64,000 nucleotides of DNA from the human T2T-CHM13v2.0 reference genome, Homo sapiens: the NCBI RefSeq assembly GCF_009914755.1, contig NC_060930.1; one strand, given 5' to 3'. Position 1 is the stretch's first letter, and every line of letters begins with the position of its first letter. Of the stretch, positions 12,910 through 25,479 are shown in pieces. The position numbers and the translations under genes were made by a program. The notes beneath the pieces are model-generated. The model saw nothing but the letters and a program-made list of their open reading frames with translations, was not told the origin of the DNA and searched no databases.

Positions 12910-14090
12910 TTTCTTTTCAAAAAAGTTTAATAAGGAAATTTAATAATAAAACCAGAGAGTTATGACAGTATAATTAAAACCTCTAGTGTCTATCAATCAG
13001 CTTTAACATTTATCAACATTTTGTCATTTTACCACTCCTGCTTCTTTTATTTATCCACTGTCATTCTTTTTTTTTTGGGAAAGGTGGTGCAGTGAATACA
13101 TGCAAAGGCAAGGAACTGGAATAATTTAAAGCAAGTATCAGATATCATATTTATTCACTCATAAATAATTTAGTTTATGCTGGTTCCAACTGATAAAGCT
13201 CTTTTAAAAACAGCCATTTTTGTTTGAACATATTTTATCATAGCTAAAAAATTTAACATTAATTCTTTAATTTTTCTAATAACGAGTCTGTATACAATTG
13301 TCTTTGTTTTAAGAATGGCATTTTAAAATTGGCTTTTTGAAAATCAGAATTCAAAATAAAGTAATGAATGATATTTTTCTTGAGAAAAATGCCATTTGTT
13401 TGTCCAAAATAAATAAATAAATAAATAAACAAACATGTATTAGTTGCCCTGAAGAATTTCCCATATTCAGGATTTGGTGATTATAACCTTATGGTACCAC
13501 TTATGAAAGTCAATTCTCAGGCTGGGCTTAGTGGCTTATGTTTGTAATCTCAGCATTTTGGGATGCAGAGGCAGGTGGATTGCCTGAGTCCAGGAGCTCA
13601 AAACCAGCCTGGGCAACATAGCAAGACCCTGACCCTATTTAAAACACAAAAAAATTAGTGGTGCATGGTGGTGGGTGCCTGTAGTCCCAGCTACTTGGGA
13701 AGCTGAGGTGGGAGAATCACCTGAGCCCATGAGATGAGGTTGCAGTGGGCCAAGATGGCACTGCTGCGCTTCTCCTGCCTGGGCAACCAGAGTGAGACCC
13801 TGTCTCAAAAAACAAAGAAAGAAACAAACAAAAAAATCTGTTATCAAATTTTCAACAAAGGTATTAGATCTTTATTGAAAGAAAAAGAACATACCTGAAT
13901 CTATCTAATTCAACCTCTAGTTAGATCTGGTTATATATAGAGGTTGAATTAAATAGATTCAGATATGACTTTGTCTTTTTTTTTTTTAAGGAATAACACA
14001 TAGTGCTATATGCTTACTGTTGCATCATACAAGAAGCAAATAATGCCCATTTATGTCCTTATAATAATAAAGCAGGATTAGATTTTCACA
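12910..14090 (-). mobile_element. L1MC5-like 3'UTR fragments, split by an Alu and an inverted duplication
   Basis: aacatttatcaacattttgtcatttt, tttaaagcaagtatcagatatcat, gaatttcccatattcaggatttgg, tagaggttgaattaaatagattcag. Confidence 0.6.
13520..13836 (+). mobile_element. AluJ
   Basis: ggctgggcttagtggcttatg...gcctgggcaacatagcaagaccc...gagaccctgtctcaaaaaa. Confidence 0.95.
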
Positions 14091-14104
14091 GCATTTTATT
14101 CTCT

Positions 14105-14840
14105 TTTTTGTTTCTATGTTTTAAAAATTTTATTTTGATTTCACATATAAGAGAAATCATTTGTTGTTCTGTCTTGTATATTTCACTTTACTTCATGTAT
14201 GTTTTCACAAATTGATTGATTTTCTTCTTTTTAAGGCTAAATAATATTCCATTGAACATACACATTTTCTGTATGTATTCACCCTCTGACAGACATTTAG
14301 ATTATTTTCATATGTGGCTATTGTAAATAATACCAATATGAATGTGGGAGTGCAGATATCTCTTGGAGATATTGATTTTATTTCCTTTGGATATATCCCC
14401 AGAAGGTATGTATTTTTGCTGGATTATAAGGTCGTTCTGATACATCTATTTTGTGTGATGTATAAGCTATGAGTTCTATGTCTAGGTAAGTTTCTTTTCT
14501 GAACACGGACTTTGCATTAATCACCATCTGTTGAAAATGTTTTTTTCTCCATTGAATTGCCTTTGCATCTCTGCCAAATATCAGGTAACTATATTTGTAT
14601 TCTTCTATTTCTGAGTTTTTCTTTTGGATTTTATTCATCCATGTGTCTATTCTTTCACCATTCTATGCTATATTGATATACTATGGCTTTATAAGTATTG
14701 AAATCAGGTAATGTCAGTCTTCTAACTTTGTTCTTTTTCAGTACTATGTTGGCTATTCTAGACCTTTGCCTTTTTGTATGCACTTTAAATTCATATGTCA
14801 ATATCTACAAAATAGCTAGCTGGGATTTGGATTTGGGATA
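14105..14840 (-). mobile_element. L1MA/L1M 3' and ORF2 fragments
   Basis: gatttcacatataagagaaatcat, gggagtgcagatatctctt, tcctttggatatatccccagaag, ccattgaattgcctttgca. Confidence 0.8.
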
Positions 14841-16563
14841 ATTACCCCCTTTAAACTACATCCTTTTTGTTGGAAGATTGCTGGTTTCTTAATATATGAA
14901 GAGTTATGAGAGGTAATCCTTTATATTGTCTTCCCACGTGATATAGTTTTATCTCCTTTATATTTTGCTCTTATTCTGGGACAACACTGTCAGCAGTTTC
15001 TATTAATGTCCATTTATAAGAATATAAGTCTCAATTTAAACTTTATGATCTCTATATAATTATGTAGAAAGTGTGCCATGAGGATAAGTAGTTAAGATAT
15101 AGGTCTCAATCCATGCCCCACTTCATTGAAAATCAAAATAGAGAAATTATACCCTTTGAAATGGAATATAACTTGAGGAGACATGTGATTTAGAGCAACT
15201 AAAAATGTCCTCCTTCAATTTGGTTTAATCAGAACAGGCTATCTATGCTTCTTTGAATATTCCAATACAGAACAAATTATTGTAATTATGCTTGAAATGT
15301 TCATGAGCCAAACTAAGAAATATTAGCATAAAAAGAGCACGTTGAGAACACTACAAATAGGAATGTATGAAAAACTGTTTTGAAACATCAAGTCACATGA
15401 AGATGTTTTGCTTCTAACTTTAAACGTTTAGTTTGTTGTGTTGCCATAAAGGACACAGTTTTAAATATCAATAACAAAGTAAAGTCGAATAGATTATTTT
15501 TCTTAATTTGAATGTATTTTGATAGAATTAAATGACAAAATAAAGAGCTGTTAATTACCTGGACAGCTAACACTATCCCCTTAAAGAAAACATTTGTAAC
15601 TCAAAACTTAACATACTTAAAAATAATTTCTTAATTCCCATCACAAGTTTAGTTAAGGAAAAAGAACTTAAGTATTGGAATCTCAAATGCCTGGATGTTA
15701 GATACTTCAGTTTTAACTATTTAATATCTAAACAATGTAGCTATTTTTTAATTTAAAAATGCCTGTTAATTACAATGATCAAAAGTAAGATTTATTGTCT
15801 TAGTAGTATTTACAGATTAATTTACTCTGTTATTCTTGAAACCATTTGCTCTTCTTTGTCTTTTTACTGTTATCTTTTTATTGCTTAGTTTCGTTTTTAT
15901 TTCCTAGAAGTTGTAATAAATCTCCTCTAATAAAACAGTTGGCTAAAATTTTATGTTATTTCCAGTTACTCTTTGTTTTAGCAATTTAGAGGAAAATAAC
16001 AATTCCAATGTTGCATATATTACTATGCTTAAAACATTTGACATTTTTGCACATAAAAACTGTGTTAGCATTAGCTTAAATATTAGAATCCAAATCATTT
16101 CAATTATGCCCTTAGGCTAATACTTAATATTTGCTCATGTATTTTAGACCTCTGCCATTTGCAAACTTCTATATACATCTCCCAGATGAACTTGAAGTTG
16201 TTTATTACATTCAGTTTTAATCCATTTTTTTCAGTTACATTTGAAAATCCTACAATGAAATTGGGAGCAAATATCACATTGGGATATTTTCAGGCTCAAC
16301 ACATGAAATATCCTTAGAAAAGCATTCAGAAACTGCTAAGAGATGATGACTATGCTATAAAAGTGACTATAAAATTAGTCATAGCAGAGATTATAAATCA
16401 CTTGGTAATCATCCTAAAAGGAAAGAGAGGTCAGGTATTAAACTGCATCAGGGTTAAAAATTTCACCAATAAACATTTTCAATGATATGAAGTATTTAAA
16501 TAGACTCCTACTACTGCAATAGCTGAATATTCAAGTTCATATAAAGTAAAAGTCCACTATAAA

Positions 16564-16950
16564 TACTATGGACTGAATTCTGTCCCCGCAAAACTTTTAC
16601 CTTGAAACTCTAACCCCCAGTGTGACTGTGTTTGGAGCTCAGGTCTTCAGAAGGTTATTAAGGTTAACTCAGTTGATAAGGGGTAGGACCCTAATAAAAC
16701 AGAAAAGGTAACTTTATAAGAGAAGAAAAGAGAGTGCCCTCTCTATTCACACACAAAGAGTTCACACGAGTATACAATGAGAAAGTAGTCACCACCTACA
16801 AGCCAAGAGAACAAACCTCAGAATGAAATCTACTTGCTAGCACCTTGATCTGGTAGTTCCCAGCCTTCAGAACTGTAAGATGTAAATTTCTGTTGTTTAG
16901 GCCACACAGTGTACAGCATTTTGTTGTGGTAGTCCAAGCAGACTAACACA
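16564..16950 (+). mobile_element. MLT1A-type solo LTR, complete
   Basis: tactatggactgaat...cagactaacaca with a near 5-bp TSD ataaa/gtaaa. Confidence 0.9.
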
Positions 16951-17809
16951 GTAAATTATACTAAAACTGAGTTATATTATAAAATTGAATACATTCACAT
17001 AGAAACCCCGATTTCTGACCAGCATATATGTTCTCAGAATTTTTGCGCTATGCACTCTATGTTGCTCAGTGTGTTGCATGCACTTTAAAAAATATATCAA
17101 ATAAATTGTTGTTGTTTTCATTTAAAATACAATGTTATCACAATTAAACTATATCCAATAGACACTCTGGATTCATGCATAAGGAAAGAAAATGAGAAAT
17201 TTTTCTCATTATCAAGAAAAATGGCAATAGGATGAAGGAGAAATAAAGATATTTGTTGAGATTGAAGAATGAAGCTGAGAGGCATTCATTCCGGGAATCC
17301 AGAGTGAGTGGTTTGGAACTGAATGACATTAAGAAAGCATAATATGGTTCTGTTGAGCTTCATAAGTTTCTTTAGATTTCTTGTACTAAAGTTAAGTAGA
17401 ATGAAACATCTCAAAACAGAGATGAAATCCAGAGTTATATTTTTACACTGTTTTAGTAGACAAGTAAAACGTATTTTGCTTCCAAATGAATATATAGGAG
17501 CTTCTAATTAGATGTTAAATAAAGACTGTAGTGCATCTACAAAACATTTGAAAATATAGTGTTCAGGAAATGTAAATAATAACAATCATACCTAAGGAAT
17601 CATGAAGAGATGCAAATTGATCATAAGGAGACCAAATTCTACAATATCTAGTCTAGAAAATAGGGGTTAATAATTTTCCCAAGCCAAATTTGATGAACAG
17701 TAGACATGATTTAGATGTATTACTCTTCTTGTTGGCTTCAGACCCATTAATAAATTAAATTGCTATTGGTTATATTATGGACATGTTCTGAATAGACCTA
17801 TTTTTACAC

Positions 17810-17965
17810 ACATTTAATGAGATGTAATTCACATGACATATAGTGACATATTTAATATGAACTATTCAATGCTGTGGATTTTTAAAATATATTCATAAAG
17901 CAGTGCAACCATTACCATAATCTAATTTTAGAGTATTTGTATTGCCCTCCAAAAAATCCCAGAGT
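17810..17965 (-). mobile_element. L1MB-type 3' terminus
   Basis: gagatgtaattcacat...gtgcaaccattaccataatctaattttagagtattt. Confidence 0.7.
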
Positions 17966-18015
17966 CACTTCTGCTTTCAGATTGCATGTAAAGTGTTTGG
18001 AAGTTGTCAGTCTTA

Positions 18016-18054
<39 letters not shown>

Positions 18055-19205
18055 TTAGATGGAGTCTTGCTCTGTCACCCAGGCAGTAGGGCAGTGGTGG
18101 CATGATCTTGGCTCACTGCAACCTCTGCCTCCTCGGTTCAAGCGATTTTCCAGCCTCAGCTTCCGGATTGGCTGGGATTACAGGTGCATACCACCATGCC
18201 CAGCTAATTTTTGTATTTTTAGTAGAGACAAGGTTTCACCATATTGGCCAGGCTGATCTTGAACTCCTGACCTCAAGTGATCCACCCACCTCAGTCTCCC
18301 AAAATGTTGGGATTATAGGCATGAACCACCATGCCCTGCATTGTCAGTCTTATTCTTAAAGCAAGAAAAACTGAACAAACTGAAGTGACTTTTCATAAAC
18401 CCATCAGATGACTGAGATTGCAGGGTAAACTGCCACCCAGAAATTTTAAGAGAAAGGAACATCCAGAGAGGTATGGCTAATAGCTACTTATCTAGATGAA
18501 AAGCTGGCAATAAACTGGTAGGAACATGTAAATGGTAACTTATGAATTGCTGGAGACAGTGTGACCTAGTATGATAGTGAGAAAGTCCTGGGAACCACAA
18601 TCTTACAGGACCCTAGTATTTATATGGGTTATACCAGCAATAATCCCCTCCAGGTTCGTGCTTAGTGAAGATCTTAGAGATCTCAGATCTCTATAAAATA
18701 CAGATTATTTTACAATAATCCCTGTAAAACTCTCCAGGGGAAAATGTAAGAATTTTTCCCACCTAGAAGAAAATATTTCTCCCATATCAGCCCCCTTTAG
18801 ACTTCCTGTCTCACTTATGGAGGATGGGGGAAGCTGTCACACTAGAGACACACTTGTGACACAGGCTCAAAGACAAGTCCCACCAGAGAACTGAGACTTA
18901 CTCATAAGTTTACAGAATGATTCCCATCATCTACACCTACATATGAAAGTACTATAGTGTTACTTAAAGAAGGACTTAGAATGTTTAAAAAGGCACATTG
19001 CAAACTCATTGGAAACTACTTAAATATTTTTTTTAAATATTATGGATGTGATAAGTGAGCAGTTATGATGAAATCAAATAAAATATTCAAAAGTAAAACA
19101 ACAGAAGGGAGAAAACAGAGAGAACAGAAGGAAATAAAAAAGGCAATAAACAGAAGATAGTTAAAATTGTGGTAGCTATTAGGCCAACTATATAAATAGT
19201 CATTT
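17966..19205 (+). mobile_element. L1M4/L1MD-type 5' region fragments (split by an Alu)
   Basis: ggaagttgtcagtc|ttattc...aaaaactgaacaaactgaa...cagggtaaactgccaccc. Confidence 0.55.
18018..18340 (-). mobile_element. AluS (Sz-like) with (TAA)n tail and 14-bp TSD
   Basis: TSD ttgtcagtcttatt at 18004-18017 and 18341-18354; cctgacctcaagtgatcc. Confidence 0.95.
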
Positions 19206-19229
19206 TGCATATCTCATAATTTGTGTTGC

Positions 19230-20390
19230 AAATAGAATATTTAAAATATTGCATTGTAGCAACTCTATGTACTGATCTTCCTTCACTGGGCATTGTTATC
19301 ATTGCTGTTTGCTTATTTAGTGTTTTAATGACTTGGCTGAATTATTTCACCGAAGTGCCTTTACCTTGCCTTGTGCAGCCTCTCATGTCAGCCCTCAGAA
19401 GGCAGAGTCTTGGTCATGTATACAGCCTTCCTGACTCCTCACTTCCACTTCTGAGAATGCCTGTGGTTTTTAGCTAAACTCTGTTTGAATGCCTCTCTCC
19501 CCAGTCCTTCCGTAAAACTTCTAGAGGGTCTGGCTCTATTGGTATCATTCCCGGATATTAGCATCCCTTTATCGGTACCCTATATCAGACTACTCTAACC
19601 TTTGGCATTACCTTGGGGCATAAATTGCCCCACAATCTGATCCATTTGATAATTAGACCCTTTATAGGGGTAGTTTTGAGGTCAATTTTTGAGACATGCT
19701 AGAATCCAAGCAGAGATCTTGTTATGTGTCTCACTCTTTTGTCCTCTCTCTTAAATTTTTTGCCTCTCTACCATTCATTTTATTGCTATCATGGAGTGAC
19801 CATACTCCTCTTAATTTCTCACCACCAATATCTCCATGATTTTGGCAGAGCCTTTAGGCTTGAATGTCTTAAGCTTTCTTGCAAATAAATACAGTTACCT
19901 TAGAAAGAACTACAGAACTTTGTGTTATTATAGTCTGCAGCTCTTCCTGGACAGAATCTTTGTACCACTGCTTACCAGTGTTGGGGTAGAGACAGTGGCC
20001 TGCTTCTCTGGGGGGTGACATGTCTATATTACTAGTGAGGCACTGAGTAGTGATGGTAGTCCTTGATCTTCTCAGGTGGCCTCTCTTGGCACAGAACTCC
20101 TACCCTAAGAGCCAGTTTGGATGAGAACAGTCAAAGCCCAGTGTCCCTGGCCTTCCATAGCTAAGGTAAAGCTTCTACCCTACAAGTTGAGGCTGGGATG
20201 GAGGAAAGAAGCACCATTCATCTCAGTTGTATTTTCATCAAGTAAAGCCCCTGCAACCTTGGCTGGAGACATAAGAAATGCTGGTCACCTGCCCTTCCCA
20301 CAGGAACCATCTCCTTAGACTAGAAGCTGTTAGTGGTAACCTCGTCTTCTTGGACCTATCTGCTTAAGCCTCCATCACACTGAGCTGGAG
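19230..20390 (-). mobile_element. Old L1M 5' region (L1M4c/L1MCa-like)
   Basis: tgtagcaactct..gtactgat, tgacttggctgaattattt and later GC-richer 5'UTR-like sequence. Confidence 0.5.
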
Positions 20391-23021
20391 ACAGTTTAAA
20401 TGAAGGGAGAAGAATTCTATATAGAATTGAGGCAAGAAAAAGTAAAATATATTTTCAAAAATGAGAAAATACCAGTATGTCTGGAGCTATGGTGGCAGAG
20501 GAAATTGTGATCAGAGAAGTTCAGGTGAGGTAGGCAGGCCTGGTGCTTTAGAGGAGTGTAGGTCCTATTAAAATGTTTGAACAAAGGTGTAAATGACTAA
20601 TTAAGACTTTACTTTTCTACCCAGGAATCTCTTAATAATAATGAAATTCAATCTAAATGAGTATTACAGTAATGGGAGAATTATGGTGTGCTAATAGCAG
20701 CTATCAAATTATTTAAGGGAAAGTAAGGCCTTTGACCATACTGAAATAGAATCACAGAGAAAATTTCTCATTGTTTAGTTTTATGTGTGATTAAATATAA
20801 TCACCAGTCCTGCAGATAGGAGAAACAGTCCCAGGGAAAGCTGAATTTAAATTTTGAATCAGTTGATTCAAATGAGGATTTGAAATCAGAATATATATTT
20901 TTTTAAATAAATCATATAGATTTTTTTTTGCCACATATCTTGCTTCAGTATTTGGTAAATGAGCGACATATCACCTACTGCTACTATGACTATTAGCTGG
21001 CTGCCCTAATTTATGTTAATCTCTAGAGATAATTAATTATTTATATTTGTTTGTTAATTAATTCTCTAATTTCTAATGAGATATTCATTCAATGAACATG
21101 CAAGTGTTGCATAAAGTATCTAATATTTGGATTTCAGTTTAGTTAAAAAGAAATTCATAGATAACTTATCCAGAAAATCTCATAAAGATCCAATTTTAGA
21201 AACATTTGTAGGGTGCAATTATGTCTGCAAACAGTAAATACTTTGTAAGACATTCAGGGACAAAAAAAGAGTTAACTTGTGATACTTTGTGCTAACAAAA
21301 ATAGACATAATTCCTCTATATTTGCATTTTTTATCATGTCCTTTTCACCTCACTAAAATCTTGAGATAAATTAGGCATTCCACATATGTGCTAGTGTTAC
21401 AAATTACAATAAAGGTAATATAAGGGAGCTAGTTTCCTTTGTAACTATGAGGTGGTGAATATAGACCTTCAGTTGTTATGGCAACCTTCAATTAATGAAA
21501 GTATCATCAAAGTCATCTCTCTATAATATTTAATAAGTTATTTCCATTAAATATGATTGAATGTTCCATTCTGAATCCAATGACAGAGGTAAAGTTAAAA
21601 GTCATATTAGAAAAAAATGAAAATAGATATATCCTCTATTGTTTAATGGAGAAAAATCAATCAAAAACTTCTCTTAAGATTAAATTTTTGTAAAGACAGC
21701 TGCAGCTATGTTGCCAATAAAATATTAATAGCTTCTACATAGTTGGACTTTCATGTAGATTTATGACTCATTATGAATTTTCCATTAGGCTACTGGGAAA
21801 AATATGATGGTGATGATGATGATGATGATAACTGACAAAAAATTATGCTAACATTAAAAGTGTTGACAGAAAAATACTAACAAATAATTTTATTTTTATC
21901 AAAATAATTCTCTCCAAACTCTCTCACAGATTAATTAAAATAAACAAAATTTAAAAAGCCAAAAATTATTATATCATAGGATGTGGCTTTGAGAAACAAA
22001 ACTTGAATTTATAATAGCTACTATTTATAGAATGACTATTCATATACCATCTCTAATCATCAACACAGGCAAGGTACCTTTTTATTAGCCTACTTTATAG
22101 CTAGGGAAAAGTAGACATCAAAAGCTAAAATTAAAGTAACAATGTAGGGATCACACAATTAGTACTATTTGAGAGAGCATGTATTGTGCCAAGCCTATTC
22201 TGTGCCAAAATCCATCAGGCCATAATGCCTCCTTAGAGTTATTTTGAGATTACAATGTAAAAAATAATAGTGTAATATTTATAAGTCTGAAAACTATTTT
22301 CATAAAATTCTAGTGTATTTTAGCTACTTACAGTATGATAAAAATGAATATCTGAGTTTTTTTATTAGCTCTAAGCTAATAACGCTTCAGGATTAATGTT
22401 AATTCCTAAAATCTCCTTGGAGCACAACCCAGGATAATGTAAAAAGTAACTGGAGCATGATTAGAAAAGAAAATATTCTGTGATTCAGTGATCAGCAATG
22501 TCAACCTTGGGACAGAAGCTACAAGTTACAACTTGGAATAACAGGATTGTTTAGTGACAAAGATGTTAATAGAGTCAAATAGGAAAGTGTCTTAGACAAG
22601 TGAGCCTTTTTATTTTTACTTTATGTGCCCGAAGAAACTAACCTAATATTGAGGTAATCTTTTCTCATGGCCATGGCCAAGAAGGCTAAATCTGTTATAA
22701 TTTATACATGTAACACTGAAGGAACTGGAATAAATGAATAAATGTTCTACATTTTTGGCAGTAAGAATGAATGAATCTGGAACAGAGAACCTTGGCTGAA
22801 ACTGTAGTTTGTCCAAATACTAAATTCCTTAAGGATGACAACATTTTAAAAATATTAGAATGCACTGATGATTTACTATGAGCCAGACACCTGAGGTAGA
22901 TATGTTTTATGTGTATTTTCAGGTAAGAAAAAAATGTACTTCACAGAAAATTAACCTCTTCACCCTGTTTACATATTAAACTGGAAGGGCATACCAATCT
23001 TATATTTTATGTAGAGTCTGC

Positions 23022-23285
23022 TGGAGGCAGTATACATTTAATTAAGAGCAGAGGCACTGAGACAGATAATTTTGGATTTGAATTCCAGTTTTCCCACTGT
23101 ATACATCTGCAATCTTGGACAAAGCACTTTGAGCCTCAGTTTTTACATCTGTATGTTCAGAAACAATAAAGTACTTGCTTTATAGGATTTGCTTAGAAAA
23201 TTAAATACATAGAAACACCTTAACACAATGCCTGACATATAGTCATTGTTCAATTAGTATTAGGTCGTATTATTATTAATAATAA
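23022..23285 (+). mobile_element. MIR, near full length
   Basis: ttaagagcag..ggatttgaattccag...gagcctcagtttttacatctgta...aatgcctgacatatagt. Confidence 0.85.
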
Positions 23286-23504
23286 TGTTAGTGACATGTG
23301 TAGGCAGTTTGGCACATAGGAGTTGCTCACTAGAGAATAAAGACCTTTATGCTTTATGCATGTCTCCTGCCATAGACCATACACTAACTAATTAACCTAA
23401 ACAGATGATTCCATTGAAAAGATCGCATTAGAGTCACATCAAATTAAGTTTAATTTCAAAACTATTTATTGCATGCCTCCTCCTCTCTCCTCCTTCTCTT
23501 TTTA

Positions 23505-23670
23505 AATAATCATATTTATTGAGTTTTCTACATATATTATTAATTATCCCAGTGATTACTTGAGCTAGACACATTATTATCATCATTGTATAGATGAAGA
23601 AATCAAGCAAAAAAAGGTTAAGAAATTTACCCAAAGTCAAATCAAACACTTTACTGTAATAAGTGGGAGT
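23505..23670 (-). mobile_element. MIR fragment
   Basis: attattatcatcattgtatagatgaagaaa...aggttaagaaatttacccaaagtca (MIR core antisense). Confidence 0.65.
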
Positions 23671-23943
23671 AAAGTATATAAATAAGTAAAAAATAATGTC
23701 CGAGAAGTTAAGAATGAATAAAACATTATTACTGCCTTTTAGAAACTTACATTCTAATGAGGAAAATAGTCTTATCTACAAATAATGTGCGTACAAGACA
23801 AGAATGTTACAAATGTACAAATGTTACTATAGGAAAGACAGATTAATTCTTATTTAAATAACCTCACGTATAAAAAAGAAAACTTTTAAAGTAAATAAAG
23901 TGAGTAAAATGGTTAATTACAAGTTTGTTTTAGATTCCCAATA

Positions 23944-24393
23944 CAGTTGACCCTTGAACAACATGGGGGCTAGAATTGCCAACTTGTTGAAAATTTCTGT
24001 ATAACTTTTGACTTCCTGAAACTTAACTGCTAGTAGCCTTACTAATAACATAAACTGTACTGGAAGCCTTACTAATAACATAAACAGTCAATTAACACAC
24101 ATTTTATATGTTATATATATTATATACTATATCCTTACAATGAAGTAAGCTAGAGAAAAGAAAATGTTATTAATTAAGAAAATCATAAGGAAAAGAAAAT
24201 ATATTTACTATTCAATAAGTTGGAGTGGATCATTATAAGGGTCTTCATCCTCCTTCTCTTCACATTGAGTAGGCTGAAGAGAAGAAAAGAAAGGATGGGT
24301 TGATTTTGCTGTCCCCAGAGTGGCAGAGGCAGAAGAAATCCATGTGTAAATGAACCTGCACAGTTCAAAACCGTGTTGTTCAAGGGTCAATTT
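23944..24393 (-). mobile_element. Tigger2a (MER28-type) non-autonomous DNA transposon
   Basis: TIRs cagttgacccttgaacaaca / tgttgttcaagggtcaatt with a preceding TA; typical internal sequence. Confidence 0.9.
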
Positions 24394-24937
24394 ATATGAA
24401 AGACGCTAATTGTATCTTATTGTTATTTTTGAATTTCTGAATATTTTAGTAAATTTATTTTATTTTTCTTGGTTCTAAAGAAGTAAATAATTTAAAACTC
24501 ACATTAATTAAAACAATTTTGAATTAACACTAGCTAACTTTGAGTGGCTTATAAGTGCAAGGTTTATGACAATTTTTTCTCATTAGTAAATAAATTTAAT
24601 TCTCAATAATCAAAATTTGCCTAAAATAAGAGCATAACATTAAAGAGAAAAATATGCCTTTGCATATAAAAACTTTGTATTTCGAAGTTTATACCAGATC
24701 ATTATTTAAATTCTGTAAGAACCATAATAATGATAATAAAACTTCAATAAATGTAAAAACTCAATTGCAAATGATCATAAAAAAACAAATTTAAGATACT
24801 GAGAGACTGAATTTGGAGTGTAGTATATGGATGGGGACAAAGTACAGGAGAGAAAACTGACTAGAGAAAATTATACTTATTAAAATATTTTTAAATATAA
24901 GAAGTTGATTATGAGAAATAGATTCTAAGGAAAGTAC

Positions 24938-25470
24938 TGTTACAGGATCCTTTTTGTGTTGCTTTTCCAGCTGGAAACCTCTGCAGCCAGTGGCGCTTTT
25001 GCTGGAGTTTTGCTCGGTCCCACTGGGCCCAGTTGGCCTGGCAGGCTGTGCTTGGCTTATGCTACCGGCCTGATAAGCTGCCAAGAGCAATCGGAGCGGC
25101 TAGTGGTGTGTGAGCGAGTGAGTGTGGGGTCTGGCCACTATACACAGCCAGGGATGCAGTGGGCAGCTCTAGGTGTCGACATGGGCAGTGGCTCCCTGTG
25201 AGGCTGCGGCTGGACCAGGTATACTGCAAAGCAGCTTCCACGGCTGGCACTGGGGAACGTGGTGGCGCCCAGAAGCTTGACACCAGAACCACAGAGCCCC
25301 AAAGAGAGTGTCACAGCCCTGGCTCTGGGAGCTTCTAGGTCTGGTCTCCCCAGAGGACCGCAGCTCTTCTCTTCTCTCTTCTCTCCTTCTCATCACCCAC
25401 AACATGGTGAGCAAATGGGGCGTGATTCAGCCCTGTTTGTGTTGCAGCTCTTTTAGCCTGGCCATTCAGG
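24938..25470 (-). mobile_element. MER52 (ERV1) LTR fragment
   Basis: tgttacaggatcc...ttttccagctggaaacctctg...ggcctggcaggctgtgcttggct...tgagcgagtgagtgtggggtctggccact; GC-rich. Confidence 0.8.
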
Positions 25471-25479
25471 TAATCAGGG

